Below are positions 28,565 through 32,881 of a stretch of DNA of 32,881 bases, in pieces (within the stretch, counting starts at the first letter, position 1; each line of letters begins with the position of its first letter). Source of the DNA: Alphaproteobacteria bacterium. GTDB taxonomy: Bacteria > Pseudomonadota > Alphaproteobacteria > Rhizobiales > TMED25. A program made the position numbers and the translations under genes. The notes under the pieces are model-generated. The model searched no databases. It saw only the letters and a list, made by a program, of their open reading frames with translations, and was not told the origin of the DNA. Location: contig CAUZRD010000003.1 of assembly GCA_963582255.1 (NCBI GenBank), positions 1 to 32,881 of the forward strand. The letters run 5' to 3'.

Positions 28565-29509
28565 ATGACGACTGGCCACACGCTGAAACAGCTTTTACAA
28601 AATAGACAATATATTTATACACCCGGCATTGCTACTCCGCTAAATGCGATGATCGTCGAGAAATTGGGGTATGAGTATATCTATGTTGGGGGCTACGACG
28701 TCTCCCTCACGCTATTGGGCCTACCTGATGTAGGGCTGATCACCGAGCCTGAGATGGTTACCAATGCTGGCCATATCGCACGCGCCGTAAATCTTCCAGT
28801 CATCGTTGATGCGGACACCGGCTATGGCAATGCCATAAATGTAATCCGTACTGTACAGAATTTCGAAAAAGCTGGGGTCGCCGGAATCCACATCGAAGAC
28901 CAGGTGTCGCCAAAGCGGTGCGGCCACGCTGCCGGAAAAACTATTGTGTCCCTCGATGAGGCAGTCGGCAAGATGAGGGCCGCACTAGATGCCCGAAAGA
29001 GTCCTGACTTTCTAATTATGGGGCGCACCGATGCTGTTGCCGCGCAAGGTGGAGGTCTGGACGAGGCAGTGCGCCGTGGATGCGAATTTGCGAAATCAGG
29101 CTGCGATATGGTCTGGGCAGAATTTCCCAATACTGACATGGAGCTGGCTCGCGATTTTGCCAAAGGTGTTCACGAGATCTGTCCAAATGTTCCGCTCTAC
29201 TTCAATTTTTCATCCAACCTAAACTGGCAAGAAACCAGCGTGACATTCGATGACGTCGCGGCCCTTGGCTACAAGGCAATGCACACCTCGCTTGCGGCAC
29301 TTCGGGCATCAATGGTAGCAACTTGGGACTACGCCCAGGACCTCAAAAACCATGGCTCAGCAGCAGAAATTAATTTTCAGACCCATCTAAAAACCCACCC
29401 CATGGGTGCGTTTCATGAATTTGCAGGATTTGCAAAAATTCGCGAAATGGAGAAAAAGTACCTCCCCGTGGAAGAACTCGAAAAATATGAAGATACGTCT
29501 GGCCTTTAG
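28565..29509 (+). CDS. Isocitrate lyase/PEP mutase superfamily lyase (PrpB/2,3-dimethylmalate lyase-like)
   Basis: VDADTGYG, HIEDQVSPKRCGH, GRTDA; AGGAGG RBS. Confidence 0.9.
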   Translation: MTTGHTLKQLLQNRQYIYTPGIATPLNAMIVEKLGYEYIYVGGYDVSLTLLGLPDVGLITEPEMVTNAGHIARAVNLPVIVDADTGYGNAINVIRTVQNFEKAGVAGIHIEDQVSPKRCGHAAGKTIVSLDEAVGKMRAALDARKSPDFLIMGRTDAVAAQGGGLDEAVRRGCEFAKSGCDMVWAEFPNTDMELARDFAKGVHEICPNVPLYFNFSSNLNWQETSVTFDDVAALGYKAMHTSLAALRASMVATWDYAQDLKNHGSAAEINFQTHLKTHPMGAFHEFAGFAKIREMEKKYLPVEELEKYEDTSGL

Positions 29510-29560
29510 CCGCCGGTGAGACAATAATAATCCTTATCCAGAATAAGGAGCAAGAATTTC

Positions 29561-30439
29561 ATGTCCGGCAATTCCGCAGGTTCAAAACTTCGCAAGTTAA
29601 TAGCTGATCAAGCGTTCATCCCATCTATGGGTATTTGGGATGCATATTCAGCGCGGGTATCAGAAGCAAGTGGCATAAAATGCGTGCATCTTGGTGGCTA
29701 CCAGCTCGGTGCTCACTATGTAATCACCGAACCACTAATTTCGTTAACCGAGTTGGCAAACTCAACCCGATACATCACCTCGGCCGTGGATATTCCGCTG
29801 ATTGTCGATGCAGGTGCTGGTTTCGGAGAACCCCTCCATTGCCGGCACACGGTTCATGAAATTGAGCGCGCCGGAGCTGCAGGACTTCATATCGAAGATC
29901 AAATCTATCCAAAGCGCGTTCACTACCACTTGGGAATTGAGCATGTAGTATCGCGTGAGGACTTCCTTGACCGAATCAAGGCTGCTGTAGATGCCCGCAA
30001 CGATCCTGATTTTCTGATCATAGCGCGAACCGACGCAATGCACACGGTCAGCTATCAAGAAGGGGTAGACCGGGCCAATATGTGCCTTGAAGCTGGCGCC
30101 GACATGATAATGTGCGCTCCCGATCGTCAGGAAGAAGCAGACAATGCGCCAAAGGACATCAAAGGCCACGTTGCCTATATCAACAGTGAGGGTAACAAGC
30201 TTCGTCGGCCGCTCTATTCCACTGATGAGTTTGAAAAAACTGGATACAAACTCGCGACCTATCCAACCGCGCTGTTATGTCCGGTGACCCAGGTTATCAA
30301 GCAGGTTGTTGGTAACCTTCTTAAGAACGGCGTCAGTGGTCACGACCCCGAGGAAATGATCCCCCAACGGAAGGAAGTTGAGGACTTGATTGGCCTTGAA
30401 GAGCTTTACAAGCTCGAGAGCTCAACGGTCGAGAAATAA
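29561..30439 (+). CDS. Isocitrate lyase/PEP mutase superfamily protein with atypical KRVHYH loop
   Basis: VDAGAGFG, HIEDQIYPKRVHYH, IARTDA, EAGADMI; AAGGAG RBS. Confidence 0.88.
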   Translation: MSGNSAGSKLRKLIADQAFIPSMGIWDAYSARVSEASGIKCVHLGGYQLGAHYVITEPLISLTELANSTRYITSAVDIPLIVDAGAGFGEPLHCRHTVHEIERAGAAGLHIEDQIYPKRVHYHLGIEHVVSREDFLDRIKAAVDARNDPDFLIIARTDAMHTVSYQEGVDRANMCLEAGADMIMCAPDRQEEADNAPKDIKGHVAYINSEGNKLRRPLYSTDEFEKTGYKLATYPTALLCPVTQVIKQVVGNLLKNGVSGHDPEEMIPQRKEVEDLIGLEELYKLESSTVEK

Positions 30440-30681
30440 CCTTCTCGTATCGCGATAACTTTTAAAAGTTGGCCTAGTTTGGTTGTAATGTCACACACAC
30501 AAAAATCCGGCTAGTCCGTTACATATTTAAAAAGTAGAACCGTTTAGTACCAAGAAAGTCTCCATGCTTCCCGACGTTCCCTATGCCGATGTATAGAGTA
30601 TCTTTTAAAAATATCGGGGTTTAACCACCATCCGCTAGTGGTTCGTAGGAGCATGCCAATCACAAATGCTTGGAGCACCCG

Positions 30682-31389
30682 ATGCAAGAACAATGGAATT
30701 ACAATCCGGGATACCTTCCAGGCGACCCTCGCCATGGATTAATGCCATCCGAATTGCTAGCGTTTTATTGCAGCCGTCCAGCAACGTGGCTGATCCGCTG
30801 CACATACGGGCCGGATGGATTATCAAAACGCGAGAGCGCGTTGCCCGCTCACATATCCTACCTTTATGCACGACGTGATCAAATCCAGTTTGTCGGCCCT
30901 ATTTACAGCGACGATGGCCAGCATCCAATCGGCAGCTGGCTAATGATCCGTGCGGCCGACCTCACCGCAGCCGAAAAATTTATTGCTGGCGAAGGCTTTG
31001 TTCAAGCTGGCATGATAGCAGACATAAAAATCAGCCGATTTGTTGAAACTTCCTCCAGCGAGAGGCGGCAATTGGATATTACAATTGATCCTAAAAAACA
31101 GCTCTTTTTATGCGAGTTGCGCGACGGCAAGGACGGCGCAGACAAACGTACACATACCGGACCTCTACACCATGCCTATCAACGCAGCATTGCTGGCAAC
31201 ATCATCGCCCATGGCCCTATCCGGACAGATGATTGCAGTCGTGCTATCGGTTCAGCTCTCATCCTTTCGGTGGACAACAAAGAGCATGCAACCACCTTGG
31301 TAATGAATGAGCCTATGGCGAAGGCCGGTGTATTCGAAACAATACGTATCAGCCGATGGCGGTTCGGGAAATCTATCAATGACCGATAA
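30682..31389 (+). CDS. Tandem YciI-like domain protein
   Basis: Two repeats: R...AHISYL...GPIYSDDG..IGSWL...EGFVQAG and R...LHHAYQ...GPIRTDD...IGSAL...EPMAKAGVF. ATG 30682 follows GGAG. Confidence 0.8.
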   Translation: MQEQWNYNPGYLPGDPRHGLMPSELLAFYCSRPATWLIRCTYGPDGLSKRESALPAHISYLYARRDQIQFVGPIYSDDGQHPIGSWLMIRAADLTAAEKFIAGEGFVQAGMIADIKISRFVETSSSERRQLDITIDPKKQLFLCELRDGKDGADKRTHTGPLHHAYQRSIAGNIIAHGPIRTDDCSRAIGSALILSVDNKEHATTLVMNEPMAKAGVFETIRISRWRFGKSINDR

Positions 31390-31591
31390 TCTATCAACAA
31401 ATAGCTATCCAGCAACTTAAGTGCCCTACCACTTAATAGAAGTCAGGTAGGTGTGATTTTTTCATCAGAAGGGGGGCCGTTAGCACATACCTAATAAAAA
31501 CAGGCCTTAAACTATGTGCCGTCGTTCTGGGTGATTTAATATTGTTATCTTGGGCTGATGACTTTTTATCTCGAAGCAGAGCCGTATTTCA

Positions 31592-32353
31592 TCATGATTT
31601 CAGGCCCCCACCCAATCTAAAAATATACCCCGCCGTCACGAGACATAAAAACAAAAAGCCAATTGCCGTAGTGATGCTGAGAGCGATGCTTACATCTGCG
31701 GTACCAAAAAATGACCATCGGAACCCGCTCACAATATAGACCATCGGATTGAACAGGCTAACCGTCTGCCAGAATGGCGGCAGCATATCAATTGAATAGA
31801 AAGCACCGCCTAAAAACGTCAGTGGTGTAATCAGTAAAAGCGGAACAACCTGTAATTGTTCAAAATTACCAGCAACAAGTCCGATAATAAATCCAAGCAG
31901 ACTGAACGTGATCGCAATCAGCAGCAGGAACACCACCATCCAAATTGGATGGGCCATATGCAATGGAACAAAAAAACCAGCAGTCGCCAGAATTATAGCG
32001 CCCAGTATGATTGATTTCGTTGCCGCGGCACCGACGAAACCAAGCATGATTTCGAATGACGATATCGGCGCCGCTAAAAGCTCATAGGTAGTTCCTATGA
32101 ACCGCGGAAGATAAATACCGAAAGAGGCGTTCGACACACTGTGCATCATCGAAGTCAGCATGATCAGGCCAGGCACAATAAACGAACCATAGCTAATGCC
32201 ATCAATCTCCTGAATTCTAGACCCAATTGCTCCACCAAAAACAACAAAATAAAGTACGGTCGAAATCACTGGCGCAATCACACTTTGTGACAGCGTCCTG
32301 CGGGTACGCGCCATTTCAAATGTATAGATTGCCCAAACTGCCCTCAAATTCAT
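31592..32353 (-). CDS. ABC-2 type transporter permease (YadH-like)
   Basis: [35 protein letters not shown]; six TM-like segments. Confidence 0.92.
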   Translation of the reverse strand: MNLRAVWAIYTFEMARTRRTLSQSVIAPVISTVLYFVVFGGAIGSRIQEIDGISYGSFIVPGLIMLTSMMHSVSNASFGIYLPRFIGTTYELLAAPISSFEIMLGFVGAAATKSIILGAIILATAGFFVPLHMAHPIWMVVFLLLIAITFSLLGFIIGLVAGNFEQLQVVPLLLITPLTFLGGAFYSIDMLPPFWQTVSLFNPMVYIVSGFRWSFFGTADVSIALSITTAIGFLFLCLVTAGYIFRLGGGLKS

Positions 32354-32881
32354 GGCGCCTCTCGTACCAATGAAATAAAAATATCTTCCAACGATTTTTT
32401 CTTGGTATCCATATCCCTGAAGACAACATCGTTATCGCGAAGACAGTTTAAAAGTGCGCTTATGCCCATTCTCTCACTCTGTCCATCAAACACACATGAC
32501 AGCTCTTGCCCATTTTCTGATAAACTGAGACCCATACCCTGAAGAGCCGGCGGCAATTCATCCATCTGGCTTTCCAATTGCAGTATCAACTGCTTCTGGC
32601 CAAGCTTCCTCATCAGATCAGCTTTCCGGTCAACAACAATAATTTTACCCTTGTTGATTACCCCTATCCGATCAGCCATTTCTTCAGCCTCCTCGATATA
32701 GTGGGTCGTCAATATCACCGTGACACCATTTTCACGCAGCTCACACACAGTTTCCCACATCGACTTGCGCAACTCGACATCAACGCCCGCCGTAGGTTCA
32801 TCTAAAAATAAAATCTGCGGCTCATGTGCAAGTGCCTTGGCTATCAACAGCCGTCTTTTCATACCGCCAGAAAGCGCCATA
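32350..32881 (-). CDS. ABC transporter ATP-binding protein (YadG-like), 5' part outside the window
   Basis: [28 protein letters not shown]; 4-bp overlap with the permease start. Confidence 0.92.
   Translation of the reverse strand, partial: MALSGGMKRRLLIAKALAHEPQILFLDEPTAGVDVELRKSMWETVCELRENGVTVILTTHYIEEAEEMADRIGVINKGKIIVVDRKADLMRKLGQKQLILQLESQMDELPPALQGMGLSLSENGQELSCVFDGQSERMGISALLNCLRDNDVVFRDMDTKKKSLEDIFISLVREAP

Noticed and set aside
28565-29509. Assigning the gene symbol prpB
   Set aside because: KRCGH is shared by several lyases and no prpC/prpD/acnD is adjacent.
1-32881. Alternative genetic code (UGA = Trp or Gly)
   Set aside because: TGA ends many genes at their expected C-termini (metZ, trkH, dcd, amidase), and conserved Trp residues use TGG.
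1-32881. CRISPR arrays, IS elements, prophage or rRNA
   Set aside because: No spaced repeats, transposase, integrase, phage genes or rRNA-like sequence were seen by eye.

Overview
This window looks like chromosomal DNA from an alphaproteobacterium, judged from gcrA, the long-form dcd, a SAM-II riboswitch ahead of metZ and the argD-argF-hslO arrangement. A conserved core block (~3.5-17.6 kb) holds tRNA-Gly(CCC), a radical SAM gene, dcd, metZ, apaG, trkH, argE, hslO, argF, argD, gcrA, a Crp/Fnr regulator and a uup-like ABC-F gene. It is flanked by accessory catabolic and redox genes: FAH hydrolase, GST, cupins, two TauD dioxygenases, amidase, a Baeyer-Villiger monooxygenase, CoA-transferase III plus a CitE-like lyase, an EamA transporter, two ICL/PEP-mutase-family paralogs and a double-YciI protein. 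The main finding is a three-gene minus-strand operon (21989-23548) that the ORF track splits. It encodes a thioredoxin, then an AhpD/carboxymuconolactone-decarboxylase-like protein with an in-frame TGA in a C-x-x-U motif (probable selenoprotein, with candidate SECIS hairpins), then a translationally coupled collinear paralog in which the Cys/Sec pair is replaced by Asp/Phe. All product calls come from motif recognition by eye; no database searches were run.
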